From an uncultured cyanobacterium (GTDB lineage Bacteria; Cyanobacteriota; Cyanobacteriia; Cyanobacteriales; Nostocaceae), in contig OY970166.1 in assembly GCA_963706595.1 (NCBI GenBank), forward strand, positions 4,672,001 to 4,736,000: 64,000 bases of DNA, written 5' to 3'. Shown in pieces: positions 28,501 to 38,732 of the stretch. Below the pieces are notes generated by a model, which made no database searches, was not told the origin of the DNA, and worked only from the letters and a program-made list of their open reading frames with translations. A program made the position numbers and the translations under genes. The number at the start of each line of letters is the position of its first letter. Within the stretch, counting starts at the first letter, position 1.

Positions 28501-29822
28501 TTATCCTTGAACCCCAAGCAACACCCTCTCAGAGCGAATTGCGGGAATTTCTGAGACAGAAGCTACCAGATTACATGATTCCCTCTGTTTTCGTATTTTT
28601 AGACAAGTTTCCCCTGACTCCCAATGGTAAAATCAACCGTCGCGCTCTGCCCAAGCCTGAATTAACTCTGCAAGAACGAGAGGAAACTTTTATCGCGCCA
28701 CGTAATGAATTAGAAGAGAAACTGGCAGTAATTTGGCAAGAAATTTTAAAGATTGAGCCAATTGGTATTCACGATAACTTCTTTGAACTAGGAGGTCATT
28801 CCCTACTCACAGTCAGTCTGGTAACTAAAATCGAGACGACGCTGGGGAAAAAACTGCCAATTACAGCTCTATTTGAGTTAACAACCATTGCTCAGTTAGC
28901 CAATTATCTTAAAAATGAAGATATTTTAGACAACCCTCCCGCTCATCCCACTATTTACGATTACCAACTTTCTGGAGAGCAAGAAAAACAGCTTTTAGCC
29001 ATTATCGTTGGTCGTCAAGGTGAACGACCTCACCCGCACTCATTCATGGTGAAAATCCACTCAAAAGGTGATCAGGAAAAACCGTTTTTTTACTGCGCTA
29101 ATAGTTATAAAGAAGCTCTACCTTTAGCCAATTGTTTAGAATATTCTTTTTATTTACTCGAATCAGGTTATACTGTCTTTGGTAGTGATTATGCTTACGG
29201 CATTAAGGCTTTAGCGGCGCGCCATGTGGAAGATATTTTAAGAGTCCAGCCTCACGGATTTTATTCCATTGGTGGTTATTCTTATGGAACACTGGTAGCT
29301 TACGAAATTAGTCAGCAACTGCAAGCACGAGGAAAAACCGTAGATTTATTAGTGATTTTTGATCGTCCAGGTACTCATTTTCTTTACGTACTTTATCAAT
29401 ACTTCTACAAGCTACCGTCTCATATTAGTTGGATTTTGTCTACTCTCCAGCAGTCTCACCCCAGAAAACGTTTGCAAGATTTGCAACAAAAAGGATTAAG
29501 GATTTTGCGGAGGTTGGGATTAAATCAGATACCACAGCAAGCAACAACAGAAATACAACTATCAGAACAGAGCCTATCTTCCCCAATGCTGAACACATCT
29601 CCTTATCAATTTGCGCCCTATGAAGGTCGTGTAGTCTTGTTGTGTGCAGAGGAAAGAAAAACGCCACTGTGGTTATTTCCCCACAATGGGTGGAGTCAGA
29701 AAATCCTACCCAATTTGGAGGTATACAAAGTACCTGGGACGCACCACAACATGATTAAATCTCCCCATGTCGAAGTTTTGGCAAAACAACTGAAAACGTG
29801 TTTACAACGCATCGCATTTTAG
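25566..29822 (+). CDS. Terminal NRPS: TubC-N-type docking domain-C-A(Pro)-PCP-TE
   Basis: N-terminal IQLWVEEDRLRYRCP, HHIAFDAWS, complete A1-A10 with by-eye specificity code DVQFIAHVVK (proline), GGHSLL, TE GYSYG and a C-terminal His motif PGTHHNM. Confidence 0.92.
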   Translation: MNSIQVLLEELQAENIQLWVEEDRLRYRCPNNALTPELREQLSAHKSEIIAFLRQQERVETIPIAEDDFLPLSFAQQRLWFLDQLEPNLAVYNTPLALRLQGNLDISALEKSLEKIVERHSVLRTNFPTIDGKPYQNIVSELRLSVPVVDMQHLDSATAEAELQDILVQFINEPFDLAEGKVIRSQIFHISASEYILVTVVHHIAFDAWSSRIWWQELMNFYQAFAFNEPISLPELSIQYKDFAVWQKSRLQGDFLDQEVNYWREKLADAPQNLDLLTDNPRPPVQTHTGDRQHFHLSSSQVVALKQLGLGKGATLYMTLLTAFAILLHRYSGQEDFLIGSPIANRNYTEIENLIGFFVNTLALRINLAKDITFLELLQQVRDTTLEAYSHQDIPFEKLVEELQPQRDRSRHPLFQVMFALQNVQRATVNLPDINVSSFPVSTNTSKFDITVILEETKEGLKGFFEYSNDLFNRDTIIRAVEHFQTLLEGIVAHPDQLISQLPLFTNSEQKQILVEWNQTKTEYPQDKCIHQLFEEQVEKTPDAIAVVFEDEQLTYQQLNEKANQLAHYLKGLGVGTDVLVGLYVERSVDIMVGILGILKAGGAYVPLDPKYPSERLALMIQEAQVEVILTQQHLINSLLKTEAKIICLDTDWQVISSSHSPQSSPSPQSPNDLAYVIYTSGSTGKPKGVAMPHRPLVNLITWQLQTSTIEPQSRTLQYTPISFDVSFQEIFSTLTTGGTLVLITDETRRNPSSLLQLLQQQHINRLFLPFVALQQLAEVVQLEGILLSSLQEVITAGEQLRITEAIAHLFTHLPHCTLHNHYGPSETHVVTAYTLTGSAQDWAMLPPIGHPIANTQIYLLDAYGQPVPIGVAGELYIGGAGMARGYLHRPELTAKKFVSHPLSHESTAKLYRTGDLARYLPDGNVEFLGRLDDQVKIRGFRIELGEVEAVLNQHPHVFNTVAIAREDIPGDKRLIAYIILEPQATPSQSELREFLRQKLPDYMIPSVFVFLDKFPLTPNGKINRRALPKPELTLQEREETFIAPRNELEEKLAVIWQEILKIEPIGIHDNFFELGGHSLLTVSLVTKIETTLGKKLPITALFELTTIAQLANYLKNEDILDNPPAHPTIYDYQLSGEQEKQLLAIIVGRQGERPHPHSFMVKIHSKGDQEKPFFYCANSYKEALPLANCLEYSFYLLESGYTVFGSDYAYGIKALAARHVEDILRVQPHGFYSIGGYSYGTLVAYEISQQLQARGKTVDLLVIFDRPGTHFLYVLYQYFYKLPSHISWILSTLQQSHPRKRLQDLQQKGLRILRRLGLNQIPQQATTEIQLSEQSLSSPMLNTSPYQFAPYEGRVVLLCAEERKTPLWLFPHNGWSQKILPNLEVYKVPGTHHNMIKSPHVEVLAKQLKTCLQRIAF

Positions 29823-29879
29823 TTTGGTAGAAAGGATTGCCCGCCCTTGTGTACCTCACCCAAATGAAATGTGCTGTAA

Positions 29880-32800
29880 CTATTCCTCATCCAGTTGCAT
29901 TTGATGGCGATTTGGTTTGAATAAACTGGCTGTGGTTGTTTTCATCACAATATACAAAATTGGCACGACAAACAAACTCAGAAAAGTAGCGATTAACATC
30001 CCGCCAAATACCGTAGTTCCCAAAGACAGACGACTTCCCGCACCAGCACCTGTGGCAATAGTTAAGGGGAAAATACCCAGAAGCGTAGAAAAGGCTGTCA
30101 TCAAAATCGGGCGTAAACGTCCTTGTGCAGCCTCTACAGCCGCCTTAGTAATGGAAAGCCCTTCATCCCGCAGTTGATTGGCAAATTCCACAATCAAAAT
30201 CGCATTCTTACTCGCCAAACCAATCAACATGACTAGACCGATTTGACAGTAAACATCATTAGCAAAACCTCGCATTGATTGAGCTACAAGTGCGCCAAAA
30301 ATTGCTAAAGGCACTGATAAGAGAATAATTAAGGGGTCTATGTAGTTCTCATACTGAGCAGCTAGCACTAAAAAGACGAAGACAATTCCTAAACCAAAGA
30401 TAATCGGGGCTAAACCGCCAGATTCTATTTCTTCTAATGCGGTTCCTGACCACTCATAACCAAAACTAGGTGGTAAAATTTCTTCTGCTAGGTTTTCCAT
30501 TGCTTGAATAGCCTTACCAGAACTAGAACCGGGAGCCGCAGAACCATTAATTTCAATTGAACGAAATAGATTATAGTGATTAATTGTTTGCGCCCCGACA
30601 ACAGAAGTCGTTGTAATTAAGTTTCTCAAAGGAATCATTTGATTGGTTTGAGAACGAATATGTAGTTGACCGATATCTTTGGGGTTAGAGCGAAACTGTT
30701 GATCGGCTTGGATATAAACTCGATAATTACGCTGCTGGAGATTGAAATCGTTAACGTATTGAGAACCCAATGCAGTTTGCAGAGTCCGGAAGATATCATC
30801 GATGGAAACTTGCAGTGCTTTGGCTCGATTGCGGTCTACTTCTACCAGCAATTGTGGTGTTTCGGCGGCAAAAGTGCTAAATACAGCTTGTAATCCTGGT
30901 GTTTGGTTGGCGCGACCCAGCAATTGACCCATTGATTGGACTAAACTATCTAAGCCACTACTACCTCTACGGTCTTGTAGTTGAAAATTGAAGCCGCCAA
31001 AGTTACCTAATCCTTGAATGGGTGGTGGATTTACAGGAAAGACTCTGGCTTCTGAGATAGCAAATAATTGCCCTTGTAATTTACCAATGATTGCCTGTAC
31101 TGTTTGGTCTGGTCGTGAGCGTTCTCCCCAAGGTTTTAAAGTTGTAAAGATAATGCCGTTATTTGCAGTGTTACCACTAAAACTAAAGCCGCCAATAGCG
31201 AAGGTTCCCACGACTTCAGGAATTTCTAAGATTTGTTTTTCTACCTGGGCAATGACATCACTGGTATATTGCAGGGAAACTCCTTGTGGCCCTTGGAGCA
31301 GCGTAATAAAATAGCCTTCGTCTTCGTCTGGGAGAAAGGCTGTAGGTACTGTGATATACAGCCAAGCTGTCATTCCCAAGGAGACGATGAATAATCCAAT
31401 AATAATGTTTTTGAAGCGGATGAGAAAGTGGAGCGATCGCTCATAACTTCTTTGTACCGAGTCGAGTACCTGATTAACTCGATCAAAAAACCGCCCCAGC
31501 CAACCTGAAGCTTTCTGTCCTGGACGTAGCAGCAAGGCACACAAAGAAGGTGTCAGGGTCAAGGCCAGAAACGTAGAAATCACAATAGAAAAGGCGATAG
31601 TCAGGGCAAATTGCCGATAAAGTGCGCCTGTAGTTCCCGGAAAAAACGCCACGGGGATAAATACCGCCATCAACACCAAGGAAGTAGCAATAACTGCACC
31701 AAAAAGTTCAGCCATTGACTCACTGGCGGCTCGGCGAGGACTCATGCCTTTATCCTGGATAAAACGGCTGATTTGCTCAACCACCACAATCGCGTCGTCT
31801 ACCACCATCCCAGATGCTAAGGTTAGACCAAATAAAGTCAAACTATTAATGGAAAAGCCAAAAATTCTGGCAAAAATAAATGTCCCAATCAGAGACAAAG
31901 GAACAGTCAAGGCGGGAATTAAAGTAGTTCGCCAGTCTTGCAAGAAGACAAAAATCACAATCACAACCAGTATAATTGCTGCAATTAGAGTCTTGACTAC
32001 TTCTGTCATTGATTCTTCGACAAAGCGGGTGGTGTCAAAGGCTACCTGATACTGTATTCCTGGCGGAAAATTAGGAGCCAGTCGCGCCATTTCTTCCCTA
32101 ACTCCCCGCGCCACATCTAAGGCGTTACTCCCAGGAAGCTGATAAATACCTAAACCGACAGCATCTTTGGCGCGATATCGCAAAAATGAGTTGTAATTTT
32201 CGGCTCCTAGTTCGGCTCTCCCAACATCTTTCAGCTTGATTAAAGTGCCATCATCGTTAGTTCTCAGGACAATTTCGGCAAATTCTGATGGTTCTACTAA
32301 TCTACTAGCCGCACGGACATCAATTTGATATCTTTGTCCTTCTGGAGCAGGTTCTTGACCAATGCTACCTGCACCGACTTGTAAGTTTTGTTCCGATAGG
32401 GCATTGGCTACATCCTCAGTCGTTAGCCCCCGACTAGCAAGGCGATTCGGATCTAACCATATACGCATGGCATAACGACGTTCGCCAAAGATGGTAACAT
32501 TACCAACACCTTTGACTCTTTTTAAGGCATCTCCTAAGTAAAGGTCGGCATAGTTGCTTAAAAATATATTGTCGTACTCATCATTTTCAGCAAATAGACC
32601 AATTGCTAAGAGTATGTTATTAGATTGCTTTGAGACCCTCACACCCGTGCGTTGTACGGATTCTGGGAGTTGCGGTTGGGCAATGGAAACCCGGTTCTGC
32701 ACATCCACAGCCGCAATATCAGGATTTCGGGATGAATCGAAGGTGGCTGTAATATTTGTGGAGCCATCGTTACTACTACTGGAAGTAATGTAGCGGATAC

Positions 32801-33023
32801 CTTGAATACCGTTGATTTGCCTTTCTAAGATGTTCGTCACACCGCTTTCTACGTCCTCAGCACTAGCTCCGCTAAAGTTGGCGGTGACGTTGATTTGAGT
32901 GGGAGCAATATCTGGGAAACGGGCGATGGGCAGTGTGGGTAAACAAATCAATCCCAATAACAGCACAATCAATGCACAAACTGTGGAAAAGACTGGCCGT
33001 TTGATAAAGAAATCAATAAACAT
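29880..33023 (-). CDS. RND efflux pump permease (AcrB/HAE1 family)
   Basis: FFIKRPVF, GMVVDDAIVVVE, GLASKNAILIVEFA and RLRPILMT. Confidence 0.95.
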   Translation of the reverse strand: MFIDFFIKRPVFSTVCALIVLLLGLICLPTLPIARFPDIAPTQINVTANFSGASAEDVESGVTNILERQINGIQGIRYITSSSSNDGSTNITATFDSSRNPDIAAVDVQNRVSIAQPQLPESVQRTGVRVSKQSNNILLAIGLFAENDEYDNIFLSNYADLYLGDALKRVKGVGNVTIFGERRYAMRIWLDPNRLASRGLTTEDVANALSEQNLQVGAGSIGQEPAPEGQRYQIDVRAASRLVEPSEFAEIVLRTNDDGTLIKLKDVGRAELGAENYNSFLRYRAKDAVGLGIYQLPGSNALDVARGVREEMARLAPNFPPGIQYQVAFDTTRFVEESMTEVVKTLIAAIILVVIVIFVFLQDWRTTLIPALTVPLSLIGTFIFARIFGFSINSLTLFGLTLASGMVVDDAIVVVEQISRFIQDKGMSPRRAASESMAELFGAVIATSLVLMAVFIPVAFFPGTTGALYRQFALTIAFSIVISTFLALTLTPSLCALLLRPGQKASGWLGRFFDRVNQVLDSVQRSYERSLHFLIRFKNIIIGLFIVSLGMTAWLYITVPTAFLPDEDEGYFITLLQGPQGVSLQYTSDVIAQVEKQILEIPEVVGTFAIGGFSFSGNTANNGIIFTTLKPWGERSRPDQTVQAIIGKLQGQLFAISEARVFPVNPPPIQGLGNFGGFNFQLQDRRGSSGLDSLVQSMGQLLGRANQTPGLQAVFSTFAAETPQLLVEVDRNRAKALQVSIDDIFRTLQTALGSQYVNDFNLQQRNYRVYIQADQQFRSNPKDIGQLHIRSQTNQMIPLRNLITTTSVVGAQTINHYNLFRSIEINGSAAPGSSSGKAIQAMENLAEEILPPSFGYEWSGTALEEIESGGLAPIIFGLGIVFVFLVLAAQYENYIDPLIILLSVPLAIFGALVAQSMRGFANDVYCQIGLVMLIGLASKNAILIVEFANQLRDEGLSITKAAVEAAQGRLRPILMTAFSTLLGIFPLTIATGAGAGSRLSLGTTVFGGMLIATFLSLFVVPILYIVMKTTTASLFKPNRHQMQLDEE

Positions 33024-33350
33024 AGATTTGAGAATTGGGTAAATAGAAATTGGTGGTTAGGAATTAGTCAACCCATTTTGGATTTATGAATAAAATCGAA
33101 CCACCTTCGCGCAGCGTATGCCCCCAGGGCTTTAGTCGCCAATATCGCCAAGGGAAGAGGTAAAAGGAAAGGTTTACAACTGATTTGGGATTGCTATAAT
33201 TAACCAATTTTGGGTTTTAATTTGAGGTTTTTCTATCTATTGACGAAATTGAGCATCTTAATCAGATTTGTATTTTATTTACTGGCAAAGTGCTGTGATG
33301 TCTAAGATTTCAATTTCTGATTCTAAATATTATGCAATTATGAATTAGAA

Positions 33351-34892
33351 TTAGGGTTTCTCGTTACTCTTTCCTTCTGGTGCAGGCATAATCGGCGCAC
33401 CATTGGTTAAGTTAAGAATGCCAGAAATAACGATTTTTTCTCCAGCTTCTAGTCCTTCTAGAACTTGATAATTATTTCCTTCAATGTCTCCCAATTTCAC
33501 GGGTTTTTGTTGAGCTACTAAGTTTGGCATTCCTGGTTTTGATTCTGCCGGCGCTTGGGCTACAAATACAAATGTCTGTCCACCCATGCGAGATATTGCT
33601 TCTGTGGGAATTAATATTCCTGGGCGTTCATCCCAGATGACTCTGGCTTGCACGTTGAGGCGATTTAGTATTTGGTTTCTGGTATTGGCAAAGGTGGCTT
33701 TAGCTAAAATATTCTGCGTACTCACACTGATATTAGGCGAAATAAAACTTACTTTACCTGTGACGGCGGGTTTGCCTTCAGCATCTAGTACTTGTACGGG
33801 TAAGCCTACACGCAATCTTTCGGCTTCATTGAAAGGAATAGCTAAATTCAATTCCAAGGAGTCATTTTTATTCAGTGTGGTGAGTTCGTCTCCTTCGCTG
33901 ACAAAATCTCCTGCCTTTGCCGGGATATCACCGAGAATACCAGTCAGAGGCGCGACAATGTTTGTGAATTGCTGTTGGACTTCGGCTACCTGGACTTGGG
34001 CGGCGGCTTCCATGACTTCAGAACGGGCTTGGGCAATTTCTTCTGGGCGAGGGCCGTTCTCTAGTTGTCTGAGGTTTTGCTTTTCTAGTTCCACAGCCGC
34101 AGCTAGTTCATCAATATCAGAGCTTCGGCTTTTGCGGAGTTGGTCAAGCCGTCTTTGAGCTTCTTCTAGCCTCGCTTTAGCGCTTCTTTGTTCTCCGAGA
34201 AATCCTTCTAGTTGGTCTTGGGAAACAGCTCCGTCTGTTCTTAATTGTTGGTATCGTTTACCTCTTGACTGTGCCAATTCTAAGTCCGATTTGGCGACTT
34301 CAATTTGAGCTTCAGCCTGAGCTATTTCTTCGGGACGCGCTCCTCCTTGGGCGTTTTTCAGGCGAGTTTCGGCTTGAACTAATCTGGCTTTACCCTGAGC
34401 AATTTCTTCAGAACGTGTACCTGCTTTGAGTTCTGCTAGTCGGGCTTGGCTACGGTTTAATGATGCTTTTGCTTGTCGTAGGCGGGCTTGGGTGTCGGCA
34501 CTTTGCAGGCGAATTATAACTTGTCCTTTCTGGACGCGATCGCCTGCTTTAAATAAAATTTCACTGATGCGCCCGTCAATTTCTGGCTTGATTGCTACTG
34601 AGCCAGGAGCGTCTAAAAAGCCACCAATCACTGAACTGTCTTCGATGGTTCCAGTTTCTACGGTGGCTAATTTTACAGGAATTCCCATTGGTTGACCAGC
34701 CGCAGCTGTATCACCAGGTGCATTCCCCGCCAAGCTATTTTGCCACCAGCGCCAGCCAAAGCCACCACCGGCAATTAACACCACGATGCCTAAAATCAAT
34801 GGCCAACGTTGCTTTTGACTGGGTTTAAATGTTTGCTCTTGCTGTTCAATTTCAGCAGAATTTTGAGGTTCAGGTGGTTCAGAATTGGGCAT
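33351..34892 (-). CDS. RND efflux periplasmic adaptor (membrane fusion protein)
   Basis: N-terminal TM segment, lipoyl-like halves, long coiled coil with repeated G.RPEEIAQA; upstream of the RND permease. Confidence 0.9.
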   Translation of the reverse strand: MPNSEPPEPQNSAEIEQQEQTFKPSQKQRWPLILGIVVLIAGGGFGWRWWQNSLAGNAPGDTAAAGQPMGIPVKLATVETGTIEDSSVIGGFLDAPGSVAIKPEIDGRISEILFKAGDRVQKGQVIIRLQSADTQARLRQAKASLNRSQARLAELKAGTRSEEIAQGKARLVQAETRLKNAQGGARPEEIAQAEAQIEVAKSDLELAQSRGKRYQQLRTDGAVSQDQLEGFLGEQRSAKARLEEAQRRLDQLRKSRSSDIDELAAAVELEKQNLRQLENGPRPEEIAQARSEVMEAAAQVQVAEVQQQFTNIVAPLTGILGDIPAKAGDFVSEGDELTTLNKNDSLELNLAIPFNEAERLRVGLPVQVLDAEGKPAVTGKVSFISPNISVSTQNILAKATFANTRNQILNRLNVQARVIWDERPGILIPTEAISRMGGQTFVFVAQAPAESKPGMPNLVAQQKPVKLGDIEGNNYQVLEGLEAGEKIVISGILNLTNGAPIMPAPEGKSNEKP

Positions 34893-35413
34893 ATTTATGT
34901 TCTCATGTTATGGATAGACTCGGAATTTGGTAATCTACTCTTGATTGACAAACCTTATGTCAGGTTGTTTGAGCAAGTTGGTTGCTATATCTAAAATTTG
35001 TAAAATCTAGTGATTAGTTTCTAGACTGTGGTTGATTTCCGCAAATAAATAAAGAATAACACCATTCTGACACCCAAATGTAAGCACTTGCTTGCATTAT
35101 ATACATAAGGTGATAAAATGTGTAGTAGTGAGCAGGATTTGATCGCGATCGCCAAAAAATGTACAACTAAATTTCAGTTAATCAAATTTACCAATAAAAC
35201 TATAAGTTTTTTTTATTTAAATTAACTATCTATAGGGGAAAATGGATAAAACGATTATTTTGATTGTAAATACCATTGTAGGGGTTGAGCAATGCTAAAA
35301 CCCCTACGAAATATCTGTTTTTTGACAACACATATTTAATGTTAATTGTCAATGCGTAACTTCTAAAGTATTTATTCTCGGTAAAATTTGCGCCAGATAA
35401 CTTGAGCCTAGAT

Positions 35414-36517
35414 TCATAAATAGCTTGATAAAACTTCGACAGTAGCAAGTCCTGTTTTTTCCCAACTGAATTGATTTGCTCTATTTATACCTTGGCTGGA
35501 AAGGTGCGATCGCACTTGCAGATCCTCCGCTATAATTTGCATAGCCTCAGTAATTTCTCCGATGTTGTAGGGATTGATTAAAATCGCTGCTTCTCCAGCC
35601 ACTTCCGGGAGAGACGAAAGGTTAGAGGTAATTACTGGAGTCCCGCAAGCCATTGCTTCGAGAACGGGAAACCCGAAGCCTTCCCACAGACTCGGAAAAA
35701 CCAGTGCGATCGCACCATTAATAATCTTTGGTAATTCGTTATAAGATACATAATTGAGAAACTTTACTTGCTCAGTGATTCCCAGTTCTGCAACCTGCGT
35801 TTCTAAACCTGGAGTGTAACGCGCATCAATGGGACCTGCTAACCACAGTTCATATTCACCCTTATTTGGTAGCGCCGCAAAAGCCGCTATGAGTCGGTGT
35901 AAATTCTTATAAGGATCTTGTCGTCCCAGGTAAAGAAAATAACGCTGACTTCCTCCCCATTTTGCTTTCATCGGGCGAAAATGTTCGCCATCATAAGCCA
36001 GAGGAATGGGCGTAATTTTGCTGGCGGGAATTTGGTAAAAATCGATCATATCCTGCGCTGTGGCTTGGGAATTGCAGATTATGTGTTGCGCTTGTTTGAG
36101 GACTTGGGGAATGTAGTAACGATGGTAAGGTGTTAACGGCGAGAAGCGTTTGGGAAAGCGCAACGGTATTAAGTCATGAGACATGACCACAAAACGACAG
36201 TTACTATTAAGGGGTGCTTCCGGTAACGGCGAAAATAACAACCTAGATTTTAGGTTTTTATAGATTTGTGGTAATTGGAACTGTGTCCACAATAAGCGGC
36301 GCAAATGCCCTTTTGTACCTTGAGCCGGAGTCAGATTATTGGGGACTGGATAGCAGTGGAATTTTGAACATTTCTGTGCTGTTAATAAAGTCGGCTCAAG
36401 AGATTTTAAATAAGGAGCAATATTTTTAGCATAGTTAGTTATACCTGTTGCTTGAGGTAATAGAATGGATAAGTTGATAATTAATTGATTAGCGCCAGAA
36501 TGATCAGATAATTTCAT
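35414..36517 (-). CDS. GT4 glycosyltransferase (WbpY/mannosyl- or rhamnosyltransferase-like)
   Basis: [17 protein letters not shown] and [23 protein letters not shown]. Confidence 0.88.
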   Translation of the reverse strand: MKLSDHSGANQLIINLSILLPQATGITNYAKNIAPYLKSLEPTLLTAQKCSKFHCYPVPNNLTPAQGTKGHLRRLLWTQFQLPQIYKNLKSRLLFSPLPEAPLNSNCRFVVMSHDLIPLRFPKRFSPLTPYHRYYIPQVLKQAQHIICNSQATAQDMIDFYQIPASKITPIPLAYDGEHFRPMKAKWGGSQRYFLYLGRQDPYKNLHRLIAAFAALPNKGEYELWLAGPIDARYTPGLETQVAELGITEQVKFLNYVSYNELPKIINGAIALVFPSLWEGFGFPVLEAMACGTPVITSNLSSLPEVAGEAAILINPYNIGEITEAMQIIAEDLQVRSHLSSQGINRANQFSWEKTGLATVEVLSSYL

Positions 36518-36776
36518 TAAATAATAGTTTGATCAGCCTTGAATTTTTCTATTACCGTTCTTTATTATGAAAATAATTTTACTCTTTCTCTACCTTTGTT
36601 GATGAAAATTATCAATATATAGCCGTAGTCATATCGGTTAGAAGAATTCTCATAGCTCAAAGCCTGGCAAAGACTGGGTTTATACTCAGCAGTTTGTGAT
36701 TCAACTACAAAAACTACCCGATTTGCTTTTGATTTTATGAAGGTGGAATCAACTCCAAACTTTAATATTCAAATCT

Positions 36777-37748
36777 TTAACCTACGCCATCCCTCAATTT
36801 TTTGAGGTCATAATCCACCATTAATTCGACCATTTGCTCAAAAGTATGTTGAGGTTGCCAACCTAACTCAGTTTTAATTTTATCAATGGAACCAACTAAC
36901 TGCACTGGTTCATCAGGACGGTAAAATGCGGGGTCAACTGCCACATAATCTTGCCAATTTAGACCAACATAATTGAAAGCACACTCAACGAGTTCTTTGA
37001 CTGAATGAGTTTCACCACTGGCAATAATATAATCTTCGGGTTGCTCTTGTTGTAACATCAGCCACATAGCATAAACAGCATCTTTGGCATAGCACCAATC
37101 ACGACGAGCATCTAAATTACCTAATTTTAATTCATTTGCCAAACCGAGTTTAATTTCGGCTGCGGCGTGGGTGATTTTACGAAATACAAATTCCGTCCCA
37201 CGTCGGGGCGATTCATGAGTGTAAGTAATACCACAGCAGCAGTAGAGGTCATATTTTTGTCGGTAGTTAACAGTCATCCAATGGGCGTAAGCTTTAGCAA
37301 CACCGTAGGGGTTACGGGGACGAAAAGCGGTGCGTTCGGTTTGGGGCGATTCGTCTGGTTGACCAAAAACTTCACTACTGGAAGCTTGATAGAATCTTGC
37401 ATCGGATTTGCAGCGACGGATTGATTCTAAGAGACGGGAAACACCCAGGGCTGTGTATTCTGCGGTGAGAGAGGGTTGAGTCCAAGAGAGGGGGACGTAG
37501 CTTTGAGAGGCGAGGTTATAGATTTCATCCGGTTGTGAGTCTGTAATTACGTCCATTAAGGAACATTGATCGAGGAGATCACCGGATAGGATTTTCACAT
37601 CGCCGGAGAGGTGGCTAATACGTTCTAAGTTGCTGGTGCTGGAACGGCGGACTAGTCCGAATACTTCGTATCCTTTGTTAAGGAGGATTTCGGCGAGATA
37701 GGAACCGTCTTGTCCGGTTAGTCCAGTAATGAGGGCTTTTTTAGTCAC
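36777..37748 (-). CDS. gmd: GDP-mannose 4,6-dehydratase
   Basis: ALITGLTGQDGSYLAE, YQASSSE, PYGVAK and HESPRRG. GTG start at 37748. Confidence 0.93.
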   Translation of the reverse strand: MTKKALITGLTGQDGSYLAEILLNKGYEVFGLVRRSSTSNLERISHLSGDVKILSGDLLDQCSLMDVITDSQPDEIYNLASQSYVPLSWTQPSLTAEYTALGVSRLLESIRRCKSDARFYQASSSEVFGQPDESPQTERTAFRPRNPYGVAKAYAHWMTVNYRQKYDLYCCCGITYTHESPRRGTEFVFRKITHAAAEIKLGLANELKLGNLDARRDWCYAKDAVYAMWLMLQQEQPEDYIIASGETHSVKELVECAFNYVGLNWQDYVAVDPAFYRPDEPVQLVGSIDKIKTELGWQPQHTFEQMVELMVDYDLKKLRDGVG

Positions 37749-37877
37749 AGTGATAATTGTGCTGTTAAACAACTAAATTTAAACGAATTGTAGATGCGAT
37801 CGCCTGCTAACCGCCAATATAAAATCAGACAAAGGCGAGTTTGTAGTTATTGGACTTTTGACGAACGCGTAGCGCTG

Positions 37878-38732
37878 CTAGTTTCTCTGATTTAGACATC
37901 GCCTCAAATACATTAACACCCCCTGCATTTTTCCTAGTGATACTTGCGGTTTGATGACGATTAAAACAAGAGCGTACAGAATTAGTCTAGTTAATCTGAT
38001 TATTTGTATAGACAGATTTGTATATTTTTCTAATGTGATTAAATAGCTGTATGTACTATATTTAATTTTGAGAAAAATATTTCTATTCGTAATTGACGAT
38101 GGTTGATGAATTACACTAAAATTATTGGTTACAGCAATTAAATTTCCTTGATTCGCATAGCGTTGACAAAAATCAAAATCTTCATAATAGAGAAAGTAAA
38201 CCGGGTCAAACAAAGGAGGTTCCGAAAAATTTCGTAAATTAATCATTAAACTACAACCAGAAACCCAGTCACAAATCACATAGGGTTGATCTGTGTCTGT
38301 TAACAAGTTTTCATCAATAATTGCACCCATGCTAGGAAGAAAGCGACCACCTGCAAACCAAACTTCACCTTGAGGTGTATAAATAATAGTACCAAGAATT
38401 GATAACTCTGAATAAGAATCAAAAAAAGTATTAACTTCTGCTAAACAATTTTTTGACAAATAAGCATCAGGATTAATTATCCAAATAATTGCTTGCTGAT
38501 CTTCATTGAAAATATATTCAATCCCTAAGTTGCAAGCATTACCAAAGCCTATATTCCCTTCAGCATGAATAATCTGCACAGATTGACCTTGAATTTGATT
38601 AATATCAGAATCTTCAGGAGAATTATTGATGATTAAGACATTGTAAGCAATATTTTGGTCTGTTGGAAATGAATTGATTAATTTAGTTAACAGATTCGTA
38701 GAATAATAGTTAACTGTTAAAAAGTAAATCAT
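37878..38732 (-). CDS. GT2 glycosyltransferase (rhamnosyltransferase-like)
   Basis: NIGFGNACNLG, INPDA, WVSGCSL and FLYYEDFDFC. Confidence 0.85.
   Translation of the reverse strand: MIYFLTVNYYSTNLLTKLINSFPTDQNIAYNVLIINNSPEDSDINQIQGQSVQIIHAEGNIGFGNACNLGIEYIFNEDQQAIIWIINPDAYLSKNCLAEVNTFFDSYSELSILGTIIYTPQGEVWFAGGRFLPSMGAIIDENLLTDTDQPYVICDWVSGCSLMINLRNFSEPPLFDPVYFLYYEDFDFCQRYANQGNLIAVTNNFSVIHQPSSITNRNIFLKIKYSTYSYLITLEKYTNLSIQIIRLTRLILYALVLIVIKPQVSLGKMQGVLMYLRRCLNQRN

Noticed and set aside
17487..29822. Link to beta-ODAP or BMAA-type neurotoxin synthesis (oxalyl + methyl)
   Set aside because: No diaminopropionate synthesis genes (SbnA/SbnB-like) are in the window and the first A-domain substrate is unassigned, so this is speculation only.
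29880..34892. RND pump as the dedicated exporter of the NRPS product
   Set aside because: It is convergent, separately transcribed and looks like a generic AcrAB-type pair; adjacency alone is not enough.
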